Below, piece by piece: positions 35,499 through 45,554 of a stretch of 64,000 nucleotides of DNA. The notes below the pieces were generated by a model. The model was not told the DNA's origin. It ran no database searches and was given only the letters and a program-made list of their open reading frames with translations. The stretch covers positions 96,001 through 160,000 of the forward strand of contig CALSNU010000007.1 of assembly GCA_943787795.1 (NCBI GenBank), given 5' to 3'. This DNA is from an uncultured bacterium (GTDB lineage: Bacteria > Planctomycetota > UBA1135 > GCA-002686595). Position numbers and translations under genes: made by a program. The stretch's first letter is position 1; each line of letters begins with the position of its first letter.

Positions 35499-38318
35499 AT
35501 GAACATGGAATCGAACGACGACCGGACGGGCGCCGACGGGGCGCAGCGCGATCACCAGCACGAGCTGCTCTGCAAGCTCGTCTTCGGCGAGGCCAGCGAC
35601 GCGGAGCGCGCCGAGATCGAGGAGGCCCTGGCGGCCTCCGAGCACCTCCGCGAGCAGCGAGCAGAGCTGGAGGCCACGGTCCAACTGGTGGCCGGCGTCC
35701 GGGGCTCGGCGACGAGCTCCGCGAGCGAGACGCTCTCCGCTGACCGCCACGCGGCGATCCTCGAGGCGGCGACCCCGCCGGGCAAGACCCTGGGCGGTGA
35801 GGCCTGGTTCCGGCGTCCGGCCGCGCGGGTGGCCGCCGCGGTCACGCTCCTGGTGGGGATGGGCGTCGCGGTCATGGAGATCAGGCAAGACCCCTGGGTC
35901 GCCCACGACCAGAGCGTCACGGCGAGCGCCGAGGTGCCGCAGGACGCTCGGACGGACGCGGAGCCCGCGATGAAGCGGTCCTCCGAGGAGCTCCTCGCCG
36001 GGTACGGATACAGCGGGAACGCCTCAGGCGGGCTCCCGCCGGCTGACTTCGGGGTCGAGGTCGCCCAGGGAGCGGTTCTCCTGGGGGCTGCAACGGAGAA
36101 CCGCCGCGGTGCCGGCGGCGGTGGCGGAGTCACCGGTTCGGACACCCGCTTCGACTGGCAGCAAGGTGCCCCCACGGTCGAGTCCACCATGGTGGGGGAG
36201 AGGCCCGCAGCTGGAGGTGGATTACCGCGGCCTTGGAGCGCCCGCTCCGCCCGTGGAGAGCGAGGCGCTCAAGTCGCTCGGCTATGGAGGGAGCGGTGAG
36301 ACCGTTCCGCCTGGCGGCGGTGGTGGCGGCGGCGGTTCCTCCTCCCCTGGCCCGTCCGGTCCCTCCTCCCCCGGGGCCCCCTTGGGGGCTGTGGCTGGTG
36401 GGCCCTCGTCACCGGGCCCCGTGGGCCCCGCGGGGACCGTTCTGCCCGGGATCCCCCACGCGGGCGCCATGATCATCAAGAAGGCGCCTGGCGAGGCGGC
36501 CGGGTCCCCAGCGGCTGGCTCCGAGCCACCCGCGCTGTCGGGGGAGACCAGCGTGGTTCCGCCGACGGAGAGGCTTCGGCGCCGGAGTCCCGGGTCTTGC
36601 TGTCGACGCACGATCGGCCGCCGACCTGGGGTTGGACCGTCACCTCTCTCGGCAGGAGCGCTGCTCCTCGGGTGATTTCTGCCGCGGAAGGGGCGCCATG
36701 GTGCCGGCCTGAGGAGGCGGTCAGCGTCGCCCCGTGGCGGGGGGCTGGGCGACTGCCTCCCCGAGCCGCTCGACCGGGTGAGAGCCCGCGGGACATGTAC
36801 TTCCGCTTCTGGGGGGACAACCCCTTCGTCCCCACCCGCCAGGACGGCCTCTCGACCTTCGCCGCGGACGTGGACACGGCCAGCTACGGCCTCGCGCGGC
36901 GGATGCTGCGGGAGGGCTTCCTGCCGCCCCGCGAGCAGGTCCGGACCGAGGAGTTCGTCAACGCCGCGAAGCCCGACCTCGCCGCTCCGGAAGACGGGGC
37001 CTTCGCCCTCCACGCCGAGCTCGCGCCTTCGCCCTTCGGGGGGCGGGAGGACCGCTGGCTCCTGCGCCTGGGCGTGCGCGCCCGGGAGGTCGACCGCGAC
37101 GCGCGGCCGCCCCTGGCGCTGACCTTCGTGGTCGACACCTCGGGCTCCATGCGCCAGGGGAACCGCCTCGAGCTCGTGAAGCACGCGATCCGCCTCCTGG
37201 TGGGGGAGCTGGACAGCCGCGACTCCATCGCCATCGTGCGCTTCTCCAAGGAGGCCACTGAGGCGCTGCCCCCCACTTCGGCGACGTCCCGTGACGCCAT
37301 CGAGACGGCGCTCTTCTCCCTGCAACCCGGCGGCGGCACCAACGCCGAGGCCGGCCTGGAGCTGGGCTACTCCCTCGCCTCCATGACGCTCATGGAGGGG
37401 GTGCAGACCCGCGTGGTCTTCCTCTCCGACGGCGTCGCCAACCTGGGCGAGACGGACCAGAAGCGCCTCGCCGACGAGGTCGCCGACAGCGTGGGCCGCG
37501 GCATCTTCCTGAACACCATCGGCGTCGGGATGGCGAACCACAACGACGTGTTCCTCGAGCAGCTCGCGGACCGCGGTCAGGGCGTGTGCGACTACGTGGG
37601 CGACGCCGCCGATGCCCGGCGCGCCATCGTCGAGCGCTTCGTCGGCAGCTTCGTCACCGTGGCCCGGGACGTGAAGATCCAGGTGGAGTTCGACCCGAAC
37701 CAGGTCGTCCGCTGGCGTCAGCTCGGTTACGAGAACCGGGCGGTCGCGGACCGCGACTTCCGCAATGACGCCGTGGACGCGGGCGAGATCGGCGCGGGCC
37801 ACCAGGTGACCTGCCTCTACGAGCTCGAGCTCCCCGGGGGCGAGGTCTCCCGCGAGGCTGCCCTCGCAAGGCTCCGGGTCCGCTGGAAGCCGGTGGTCTC
37901 CGGCGAGCAGCCGCGCGCCGTCGAGGCGCTCGAGCTGGAGCGGCCGGTGACCTACGAGGGCGCGGCCTGCGCCTCCTTCGACGCGGCGCCCCGAGGCTTC
38001 CGCCGCGCGGCTCTCGCCGCGCAGCTCGCCGAGTGCCTGCGCCGCTCCACCCACGCCCGAGGAGACTCTGTGGAGGCCGTGGGCAAGGCGATCGGGGCGC
38101 TCCTCGCCGAGGACCGCTCTGACGAGAGCGCCCAGCTGGCGGAGATGGCCCAAGCGGCCATCCAGCTCGATCTCCAGAGCCAGATCCCGGCCGTGGGCCC
38201 GGACGACGGGGACGCCGCCCACCGCAAGGCCTACCTGGACGCCCTCATCCAGAGCCTGGGCGGCGACCCGGAGTCGGCGTCAGGCGAGGACCCGCTCTCC
38301 GAGATCCTGGGTCGTTGA
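35499..38318 (+). pseudogene. Anti-sigma-like TM protein with YfbK-type vWA/DUF3520 domain; frame interrupted several times at ~36190-36780
   Basis: N-terminal anti-sigma-like helices plus TM; low-complexity linker in shifted frames; DMYFRFWGDNPF, LSTFAADVDTASY, VRTEEFVN, MIDAS DTSGSM, GGTN, LSDGVAN, RQLGYENR, DAGEIGAGH. Confidence 0.75.
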
Positions 38319-38513
38319 GCGCTGAAAGGGGCGAAGTCTCACTCCTGGACTCTCGGCGAGGCCCTCTCCCTTGAGGAGGAAGAGGCTCTCCTGGTGCCTG
38401 GAGGGCCCTTCAGGGGAGCGCAGGGCGTGAGGCCTCGGAGAGCCCCCGACCTTTCGGGGAAATGAGCGTGGAGGTAGGTTTATATCCTAGGGGTATGTAG
38501 GTACTGTGTGGGT

Positions 38514-38614
38514 CCGAGATCTGCGCACCGGATGGCTGTAGCTATCAGGAGTGCAGGGAAGGATGGAGAAGGAAGGCCGCCAGCGATCTTGTCGCGGGTG
38601 GCCTTTCTCCTTTT
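38514..38614 (+). ncRNA. Candidate ~100-nt sRNA (promoter, hairpin, intrinsic terminator)
   Basis: TTTATA-17bp-TACTGT at 38479-38507; hairpin 38521-38556; terminator stem 38575-38603 followed by TTTCTCCTTTT; lies in ~660-bp gap between convergent genes. Confidence 0.45.
38575..38614 (+). terminator. Rho-independent terminator
   Basis: GGCCGCC-A-GCGAT-CTT-GTCGC-G-GGTGGCC followed by TTTCTCCTTTT. Confidence 0.7.
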
Positions 38615-38983
38615 CAGGGTCCATGCGGGGCCTCGATCCGCTGGGAACGACGGCGGAGCCTCGCAGTGGGGCCCTGAGGTCCTTGAGCCCTCGAGCTTGG
38701 TGCCACGGCCGCGGCGGGTATCCAGCTCGCCCTGGCCCGTGCGGGCGCTTCCTGGTCACTGGACCGTCTCGGGCTTCGAGGTGGAGCCTCCCGCTCATGG
38801 CCGCGTCCGAGCGTCAGGGTCGATCCCAGGAGCAGGGTCTGCCCAGCGTCCAAGCTCGGACCAGGTATCAGCGGCCGACGAGGCGTCAATGTTTGGCCGA
38901 GACTCCGTGTGGACTCCCGTGTCGGTGTCCGACCTCGGGTCCCGAGCAGCGCCGGGTCCTGCCCGTCGTGGAGGGTCCCGTCC

Positions 38984-40321
38984 TCAGGGAGCGATGGTCC
39001 AGTCGGACCAGCCCGCGCCCGCCGTCTCGTGGAGGGTCACGGTGCCCGAGGCGGCATCGTAGGTCCACGCTGAGGTCGACACGCCCCGGCGGAGGACGTT
39101 CATGGGCGGCTGGGGGAATCCCATGAGGACGACGTCGGGCGTGGAGGTGTCGGTGACCTGGAGCACGACGCGGACGTCGGCGCTGCTGTCGAGGGCCATG
39201 TCGTCGAGGTGTGCGCCGATCGATTGGGCGTTGGCCATCTCGATCAGGTACAGCATGTTGCTGGTCGGCTGGCTGCTCCAGACCACCGGGGTGAACTGGC
39301 CTTGCTGGTCCTGGGTCACGTTGAGCTGATGCCAGCGGCCGTCGCGGTCGGCCACGGTCTGGACCACCTCACCGGGGGCGGGGAGCTGCGCCCGCTCTTG
39401 ACCGAGCCAGTCCATCACCGCCACAGCGTCAAGGGTCTCCCACTCGTGCTGGTTGGACTGGACGATGTGCCGGGCGGAATCGGCGCCGTGAGAGAGCATC
39501 TGGGTGTGCAGTTGCTCGGTCTGCTCCACGATGTAGGGGTTGGGATCGAAGTCGGCGTTCCAGTGTCGGGTGGGGACGTGGGAGAGGTTCGAGGCCATCT
39601 CTCCCTCGGAGATGAGCTGGCCGCTGAGGGCGTCGAGGTCGATCGTGGAGCTCCGCTGGTAGGCGAACGGATCCTCGGAGGGCGTCGCGCCGAACATCAG
39701 CGGGCTGCGGAACAGCATGGTGTCGTTGGACTGCTGATAAGTGGCGCGCAGGGAATTGGTCCCCGTGTGGTTCACCACCGCCGCGATTCGAAGGCCGGCG
39801 GGGTCCATGTGGCGAGCCGCGAAGCTGGCGGCCGCACCGCCGCCCATGGAGAAGCCTGCGGCGTAGATCCGGTCGAGGTCGATGGGGAGCCTGGCGGACA
39901 GGAACTCGAAGGCGAGCTCGATATTCCGCTGGGAGTACTCGATGCCGTAGTTGTACTTGTGGGCGCCGAGGGGGATGAAGACGATGTAGCCGCGGGACAT
40001 GGCCTCTCCGACCAGCGGCTTGGCGATGAGGTCCGAAGGTTCTTCCCCGTAGCCGTGGAAGAGCGTCAGCATCGGAGCGGGCCACACCACGGTGGAGGGG
40101 ATCGCGAGGATGAACTCCTCTTGCCAGGCCTGGGTGGGCAGGTTGAGCGTCACGTTCAGCATGCGTGCGCCGACGAGGTTGGCCTGCATGGTCGGCGCAA
40201 AGGGCGTCACGGACAGGCCGCCGAGCGAGGCCTGCGTCGGGGCTCCCTGGTTCGAGGGGCTCTGGGCAGACGCGGGAGCGCCCTGGAATGCGGCAAGACT
40301 TAGAGCGAGAGCGAAGATCAT
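38984..40321 (-). CDS. Secreted alpha/beta hydrolase (esterase/peptidase S9-like) with C-terminal beta domain
   Basis: Signal peptide MIFALALSLAAFQG; LFHGYG, IDLDRIYAAGFSMGGG nucleophile elbow, later Asp (DFDP) and His (QHEW). Confidence 0.8.
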   Translation of the reverse strand: MIFALALSLAAFQGAPASAQSPSNQGAPTQASLGGLSVTPFAPTMQANLVGARMLNVTLNLPTQAWQEEFILAIPSTVVWPAPMLTLFHGYGEEPSDLIAKPLVGEAMSRGYIVFIPLGAHKYNYGIEYSQRNIELAFEFLSARLPIDLDRIYAAGFSMGGGAAASFAARHMDPAGLRIAAVVNHTGTNSLRATYQQSNDTMLFRSPLMFGATPSEDPFAYQRSSTIDLDALSGQLISEGEMASNLSHVPTRHWNADFDPNPYIVEQTEQLHTQMLSHGADSARHIVQSNQHEWETLDAVAVMDWLGQERAQLPAPGEVVQTVADRDGRWHQLNVTQDQQGQFTPVVWSSQPTSNMLYLIEMANAQSIGAHLDDMALDSSADVRVVLQVTDTSTPDVVLMGFPQPPMNVLRRGVSTSAWTYDAASGTVTLHETAGAGWSDWTIAP

Positions 40322-40432
40322 CGAGGCAGAATCGGTGCGGTGTGACGGCGCGCGGAGCGGCGCAGCTTCCCCCACTGCAACCCCCTCCAAAGAAACCTAT
40401 CCCGCCCATGAAGGGCGGCTTCGGAATCCCTG

Positions 40433-40828
40433 ATGACTCCCAGAATGAACCCGATCGCCGCCACAGGAGCGACACTCTCGTGCCTCGGAGTGGGAATGGG
40501 AGCCTTCGGTGCCCATGGCCTCGAGTCCTTGCTGGAGGGTGCACCGGAGGCTGCGAAGCGGATGGCCTGGTGGACCACTGCCGGCGAATACCACCTGCTC
40601 CATGGGGTGGCGCTGATCGCAATCGGGGCGGCTGCCGGGAGGCGGGTCGGATTCGTCGCGCCGGTCTGGTGTCTCGTGCTGGGAACGGTCGTCTTCTCGG
40701 GCACGCTCTACGCCATGGCGCTGGGCGCACCTCGGATTCTGGGCGCGGTGACGCCTCTGGGGGGGCTCGCGCTCATGGTCGGATGGGCCTGGCTGGGGCT
40801 GCGGTTCATGAAGCCAGCGGACGCCTGA
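40433..40828 (+). CDS. DUF423 (YgdD/TMEM256) membrane protein
   Basis: GAFGAHGL, TA.EYHLLH, FSGTLY, LGAVTPLGG. Confidence 0.93.
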   Translation: MTPRMNPIAATGATLSCLGVGMGAFGAHGLESLLEGAPEAAKRMAWWTTAGEYHLLHGVALIAIGAAAGRRVGFVAPVWCLVLGTVVFSGTLYAMALGAPRILGAVTPLGGLALMVGWAWLGLRFMKPADA

Positions 40829-40904
40829 GTCGCGAGCCGTCAGGCGGCTGCATCATCCCCTGCCCCAGCGGGGTGCGGATGGCTCGCACGTCAACCCACG
40901 GGGG

Positions 40905-41834
40905 TCAGTAGCGCGCCTGCTCGCGCGCCGCCGGGTCGGCGGCGTCCGACGCCGTGAGCTGGTCGTAGAGCGCGCTGAGGCGCAGCGTCAGCGGCCCTGG
41001 GGCCCCGAAGTGCACATCGTCGATGCTCTGAATCGGCACGACGCTTCGCACGGAGGTGGTCATGAAGGCCTCGTCGAAGCTTGGGAGGCTGCTGACGGGT
41101 ACGAAGCGCTCGTGGACCGCGATTCCCGCGGCGCGAGCGAGGTCGAGCACGGCTCGTACCGTGACCCCCGGGAGGACGCCAGTGGGCGCGTGATAGACCT
41201 CGCCACCCTGTACAAGGACGAGGTTGCTCTGAGTTCCCTCGAGCAACATCTGGTCCTCGGAGAGCATGACGTGCTCGTACGCCTCTGAGTCGCCGTGCGC
41301 GTTGATCCAGGCTTCTCTGAGGGGGATGAAGTCGGAGGTCTTCACGGCCGGGTCAGGACGGCGCAGGCCCGGGGCGGTCCGGAGCCTCGCGCCGTGGGCC
41401 AGCACGTCCTCTGGAGTCCCGTGGTAGGCGCTGGCTGCGATCACGATGTTGCTCTCGGCGCCGAAGGCAAGCGCGGGGCCCGACGCGACGTCGAGTCGCA
41501 GGCGTGCCTCGGCGTCGAAGGCGTGAGTCGCCTGACGGGCCGCTGACTTGAGCGTGCGGACGAGCCGCTCCTCGTCGTAGCGCAGGGGCGTCTTGAAATG
41601 AGCGGCGGACTCCCGGAGCCGTGAGAGATGGGTCCGCAGGCCAAAGAAGCGGCTCCTCCCGAAGGTCCGCAATCCCTCGTACACGCCAGGAGGGATCACG
41701 TCGAGGGCCCGAGACGCTGTACCGAACGCCGCCGGGAAGTGGACGGCCGTGGCCCCGTCAGGGCCTCCGACGAAGAGGAGCTGATCCCGGGTGGTCTCAG
41801 CCGGCAGCATGGGGAGGGTGGCGCGATGGTGCAT
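40905..41834 (-). CDS. PLP-dependent aminotransferase class IV (IlvE/PabC-like)
   Basis: GVYEGLR, HLSRL..SA, VKT (PLP Lys), EGTQSN, LPGVT, DEAFMTTS. Confidence 0.88.
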   Translation of the reverse strand: MHHRATLPMLPAETTRDQLLFVGGPDGATAVHFPAAFGTASRALDVIPPGVYEGLRTFGRSRFFGLRTHLSRLRESAAHFKTPLRYDEERLVRTLKSAARQATHAFDAEARLRLDVASGPALAFGAESNIVIAASAYHGTPEDVLAHGARLRTAPGLRRPDPAVKTSDFIPLREAWINAHGDSEAYEHVMLSEDQMLLEGTQSNLVLVQGGEVYHAPTGVLPGVTVRAVLDLARAAGIAVHERFVPVSSLPSFDEAFMTTSVRSVVPIQSIDDVHFGAPGPLTLRLSALYDQLTASDAADPAAREQARY

Positions 41835-41945
41835 ATAGGGGACGTCCTGCTGTAGGGGGCTTGTGAGCCCGCGGACCGCCCCTATGATCCGCGCCCTGTG
41901 TTCGAACTGAAGCCTCATTCGGAGGTTCCCGATCAGCGCGCCTCC

Positions 41946-42578
41946 ATGCTCCCTGCCCGACTCCCCCAACTGGCTCTACTCGCCGTGGCGCTGTGCCTCG
42001 TGGGCTGTGCTGGACACGCGACGGACGCGGATTATCGGTTACCACCGCGACTCGACGCCGAGCCGCTCGGCGGTGTGAAGCGCTCGCTGACCTACGGCGG
42101 TGACTGGGTGGGTGGCGCGCCCACCGACGGGTCTGTCGAGGCGACGATCAACCTCGCGCGCCGTCGAGGCGTGGAGATGGTGGTGGACCTGAGGCGCGCC
42201 TCGGAGGCCAGCGGGCTCGTGGAGTCGATCGCGCGCGAGGCGGGCCTGGAGTTCGTCGCAGTGGACCCCACAGGTGACGAGTGCGCGGCTGGGGAGGCGT
42301 CGACCTCGGTCGAGGATCACGGCGTCCTCCTCGCGGACGGGGCGCTCGGACAGCTCCGGCGCATGCTCAACGCGCCTGCTCGACCCAGGGTCCTGATCCT
42401 CGACGACGACGGGACCCTGGCCGCGGTGATGTACGGCGTCTACCTCGCCCAGGACGTCGGACTTGAGGAGGGGGCTGTGATCGATGCCCTGCGGACGACC
42501 GGGCTCTCGAGCGAGGAGCTTCATGCGATCCTCAAGGCTGCTGCTGGGGGCGACAGCCCATCCCCTGGGGCAAATTAG
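41946..42578 (+). CDS. Lipoprotein, DUF442/protein-tyrosine-phosphatase-like fold lacking catalytic Cys
   Basis: Lipobox LVGC; VGGAP, GVEMVVDLR, AREAGLEFV; VLILDDDG in place of VLVHCxxG. Confidence 0.55.
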   Translation: MLPARLPQLALLAVALCLVGCAGHATDADYRLPPRLDAEPLGGVKRSLTYGGDWVGGAPTDGSVEATINLARRRGVEMVVDLRRASEASGLVESIAREAGLEFVAVDPTGDECAAGEASTSVEDHGVLLADGALGQLRRMLNAPARPRVLILDDDGTLAAVMYGVYLAQDVGLEEGAVIDALRTTGLSSEELHAILKAAAGGDSPSPGAN

Positions 42579-42626
42579 AGCCCCTGGATCATCCGGCCCG
42601 ACCCAGCGGCCGAACCGCCCAACACT

Positions 42627-43448
42627 GTGACCGACCGCGTTCTCTCCTTCTTACACGTCACGCTCCTGCTCTCGGTGGCAGCTCTGACCGTGGGAGGCCG
42701 GTCGCCAGACGACCCGTTTGACCACGCGCACGCTGGCCTTGGAGCTGTTCTTGACAGGGTGCTTGAGGAGGGGCTGGTGGACTACGCCGAGCTTCGTCGG
42801 TCACCTGAGGCCCTGGATAGCTACCTCGCTTCGCTCGCTGATGTGACGCCGCGTGAGCTTGGGAGCTGGAGCCGCTCCGAGCGCTTCGCCTACTGGATCA
42901 ACGCCTACAACGCCTTCACGCTCCAGCTGGTGAGGGACGAGGGGCCGGTCAAGAGCATCAAGAAGATCGGCGGCTGGTTCGGTTCACCCTGGAAGAAGCG
43001 CTTCATCCCGATGGCAGGCTTTGATCCGAAGGGCAAGGGACGCAAGCTCTGTCTGGACGACATCGAGCACGGGATCCTCCGGCCGCAGTTCGTCGACGCG
43101 CGGCTGCACGCGGCCGTCAACTGCGCGTCGCTGGGGTGCCCACCCCTGCGCGCAGAGCCTTACCGAGGTACCGTGCTCGACCGGCAGCTGAGGGACCAGG
43201 TCCGTAGCTGGCTAATGGACGCTGACCGGAACAACCTCAGGCAGGTCAAGGGCGCCATCCGGGTATCGAAGATCTTCGATTGGTTCGAGGAGGACTTCGG
43301 GGGTAAGGACGAGGCTGTCGTGAACTGGATCGCGGAGCAGCTCGGTGATCCCGAGCTTGCAGGCGCGCTCCGCCGCGCTTCTCCCGAGCTCAGGGTCCGC
43401 TACATGGACTACGACTGGGGCCTCAATGCGCTGCCCGAGCGGCGCTGA
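42627..43448 (+). CDS. DUF547 domain protein, secreted
   Basis: GLVDY, AYWINAYNAFT, LDDIEHGILR, RLHAAVNCASLGCP, SKIFDWFEEDF, YDWGLN. Confidence 0.93.
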   Translation: MTDRVLSFLHVTLLLSVAALTVGGRSPDDPFDHAHAGLGAVLDRVLEEGLVDYAELRRSPEALDSYLASLADVTPRELGSWSRSERFAYWINAYNAFTLQLVRDEGPVKSIKKIGGWFGSPWKKRFIPMAGFDPKGKGRKLCLDDIEHGILRPQFVDARLHAAVNCASLGCPPLRAEPYRGTVLDRQLRDQVRSWLMDADRNNLRQVKGAIRVSKIFDWFEEDFGGKDEAVVNWIAEQLGDPELAGALRRASPELRVRYMDYDWGLNALPERR

Positions 43449-43528
43449 CGCCACCGACGAGCCGTCCTCCCCGGAACCACCCCGTCGGCCAGTATCGCCG
43501 CGCTCCATGGAGAGTATTCTCGCTCCCC

Positions 43529-44653
43529 ATGAAGCCAGCTCCGACCACGTACTGGGACTACATCCGGGTTGAAGAACTCCTCTCGCTCCAGCAAGGGCTG
43601 GCCGCTGATGACGAGGAGATCTCGAACGAGGAGGCGTTGTTCGTCACGGTCCACCAGGTCTACGAGCTCTGGTTCAAGCTCATCCTTCGCGACCTGCGGA
43701 GCGCCCGTGACTTGTTCATGTCACCCCGTGTCGCCGAGCAGGAGCTCTCAAGTGCCGTCGAGCGGCTCCGACGAATCGCGACGATCTTCAGGGTCGCCGT
43801 GGCGCACTTCGAGGTCGTCGAGACCATCTCCACGCGGTCCTATCTCGGGTTCCGCGACAAGCTCATGCCGGCGAGCGGGTTTCAGAGCGCACAGCTGCGT
43901 CAGATCGAGGTTCTGTTCGGCCTCGAGGAGGCCGATCGGATCCCCCTGGGGCCGCCGGGCAGTCACCTGGCAGCGCTCGAGAAGCCCGGAGGTGGGTCGA
44001 GCCCTGCACTGCGCCGGGTCGAGGAGACCATGGCCGACGGGCCCAACCTCAAGGAGGCGATCGAGGCCTGGCTCGCCCGGACGCCCATCGATGCCACGCG
44101 GAACGCGAGCGGCGAGGTCGAGAGCGATGCGCTGGGGTTCGTCGAGCGGTACCTCGCCGCCCACCGCGAGGTCATCGGGCGTACTCGCGATCACGCCGGT
44201 GCCGTGGCCGCGGAGACCGGCCGGGACGTGAAGGTCGCCCAGGAACGACTCGCTGCAAACTACGAGCGGGAACGCGCCTCCGTGGAGGAGTTCCTGGCTC
44301 CCGCCGACCCACAGGTCCGGGCGTCAACCGGGGTCGTTCGTGCTGCGCTGGTGTTCCTCGAGTCTTATCGTGAGCTGCCGCTGCTCGCGTGGCCGCGCGA
44401 GGTGCTCGCTGCTCTCCTCGAGGTCGAGCAGGGGTTTGTGATCTTCCGTCAGCGTCACGCGCGGATGGTGGAGCGCGTTATCGGGCGGCGAACCGGCACG
44501 GGCGGGAGCGCCGGCGTCGAGTATCTCGACAAGACCGCCGTCGAGTATCGGATCTTCAAGGACATCTGGGCCGTGCGAACGGTCCTGCTTCCCGTGGAGG
44601 ATGTCCCCCCGCTCAGGGACCCAGCCTTCTACGGCTTCGGCGCTCTCGATTGA
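43529..44653 (+). CDS. kynA: Tryptophan 2,3-dioxygenase
   Basis: YWDYIRVEELL, FVTVHQVYELWFK, ASGFQSAQ, RHARMVERVIG, GTGGSAGVEYL. Confidence 0.93.
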   Translation: MKPAPTTYWDYIRVEELLSLQQGLAADDEEISNEEALFVTVHQVYELWFKLILRDLRSARDLFMSPRVAEQELSSAVERLRRIATIFRVAVAHFEVVETISTRSYLGFRDKLMPASGFQSAQLRQIEVLFGLEEADRIPLGPPGSHLAALEKPGGGSSPALRRVEETMADGPNLKEAIEAWLARTPIDATRNASGEVESDALGFVERYLAAHREVIGRTRDHAGAVAAETGRDVKVAQERLAANYERERASVEEFLAPADPQVRASTGVVRAALVFLESYRELPLLAWPREVLAALLEVEQGFVIFRQRHARMVERVIGRRTGTGGSAGVEYLDKTAVEYRIFKDIWAVRTVLLPVEDVPPLRDPAFYGFGALD

Positions 44654-44749
44654 GGACCCTGGCGCATCGGTCTAGCTCGAATCTGTGCTGAGCTTCACAC
44701 TCCCTTGATGCTTCAGCCGCACATTGGGCTGCAGATCACCGAAGATCCC

Positions 44750-45433
44750 ATGGGCAAAGAGACCATCCTTATCGTCGAAGACGACCCCGATATCGTCGAG
44801 CTCCTTGAGTACACCCTCGAGCGGGAGGGCTACTCCGTCCTGATCGCCCGCAACGGCGAAAAGGGGCTCTCCGAGGCCAAGCGGCGCAAACCGTCGATGG
44901 TCATCCTCGACCTGATGCTGCCGGGGCTGGACGGGCTCCAGGTCTGCCGGGCCATGAAGGAGGACGGCGGCACCAAGGCCATCCCCGTGATGATGCTCAC
45001 GGCGCGGGGGGAGGAGAGCGACGTGATCGTGGGGCTTGAGTTTGGGGCCGATGACTACGTCCGCAAGCCGTTCAGCCCGAGGGAATTAATCGCGCGCATT
45101 CGGGCCGTCCTCCGCCGCGGCCGGCCTGCGGCCGAGGCGCGCCTTCGTATCGAGCTGGGCCCGGTGACGCTCGACAAGGAGCGCCATGAGGTCACGATCG
45201 ACGACGCGGTCGTAGTCTTCACTCGTTCCGAGTTCCGGCTGCTCTGGCGCCTCGCCAAGTACCCAGGTCGGGTCTACACAAGGGACGAGCTCGTGGAGAG
45301 CCTCACTGATGGTGAAGCCGTGATCCTCGACCGGAATATCGACGTCCACGTGAGCGCGATCCGGAAGAAGCTGGGGCCCCACGGTGGCACGATCGTCACG
45401 GTTCGAGGCGTCGGCTACAAGGTGCTGGACTGA
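44750..45433 (+). CDS. OmpR/PhoB-family response regulator (PhoB-like)
   Basis: ILIVEDD, LDLMLPGLDG, GADDYVRKPFSPREL, DRNIDVHV, TVRGVGY. Confidence 0.93.
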   Translation: MGKETILIVEDDPDIVELLEYTLEREGYSVLIARNGEKGLSEAKRRKPSMVILDLMLPGLDGLQVCRAMKEDGGTKAIPVMMLTARGEESDVIVGLEFGADDYVRKPFSPRELIARIRAVLRRGRPAAEARLRIELGPVTLDKERHEVTIDDAVVVFTRSEFRLLWRLAKYPGRVYTRDELVESLTDGEAVILDRNIDVHVSAIRKKLGPHGGTIVTVRGVGYKVLD

Positions 45434-45554
45434 GGCCTAAGGTCTGCCCTGCCCGTGGGACCGGGCGAGGTGATCCTCAGGGGGCGCGCCGCTCTGCTGG
45501 CACACGCCGAAGTCCTTCACCCTCCAGCGGCCCAGGCGGTAGCTTGTGATCGCG

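Noticed and set aside
36297..36299. Selenocysteine read-through of the TGA ending ORF 35499-36299
   Set aside because: The plausible coding frame has already shifted upstream (~36200); no Cys-like context or SECIS.
38810..38845. SRP RNA (GTCAGG...AGCAG)
   Set aside because: Lacks the GNRA-capped helix 8 geometry and the long enclosing stem.
38487..39126. Several overlapping 60-190 aa ORFs in the gap between the vWA and hydrolase genes
   Set aside because: No recognisable motifs, composition typical of shadow ORFs, and a terminator lies inside them.
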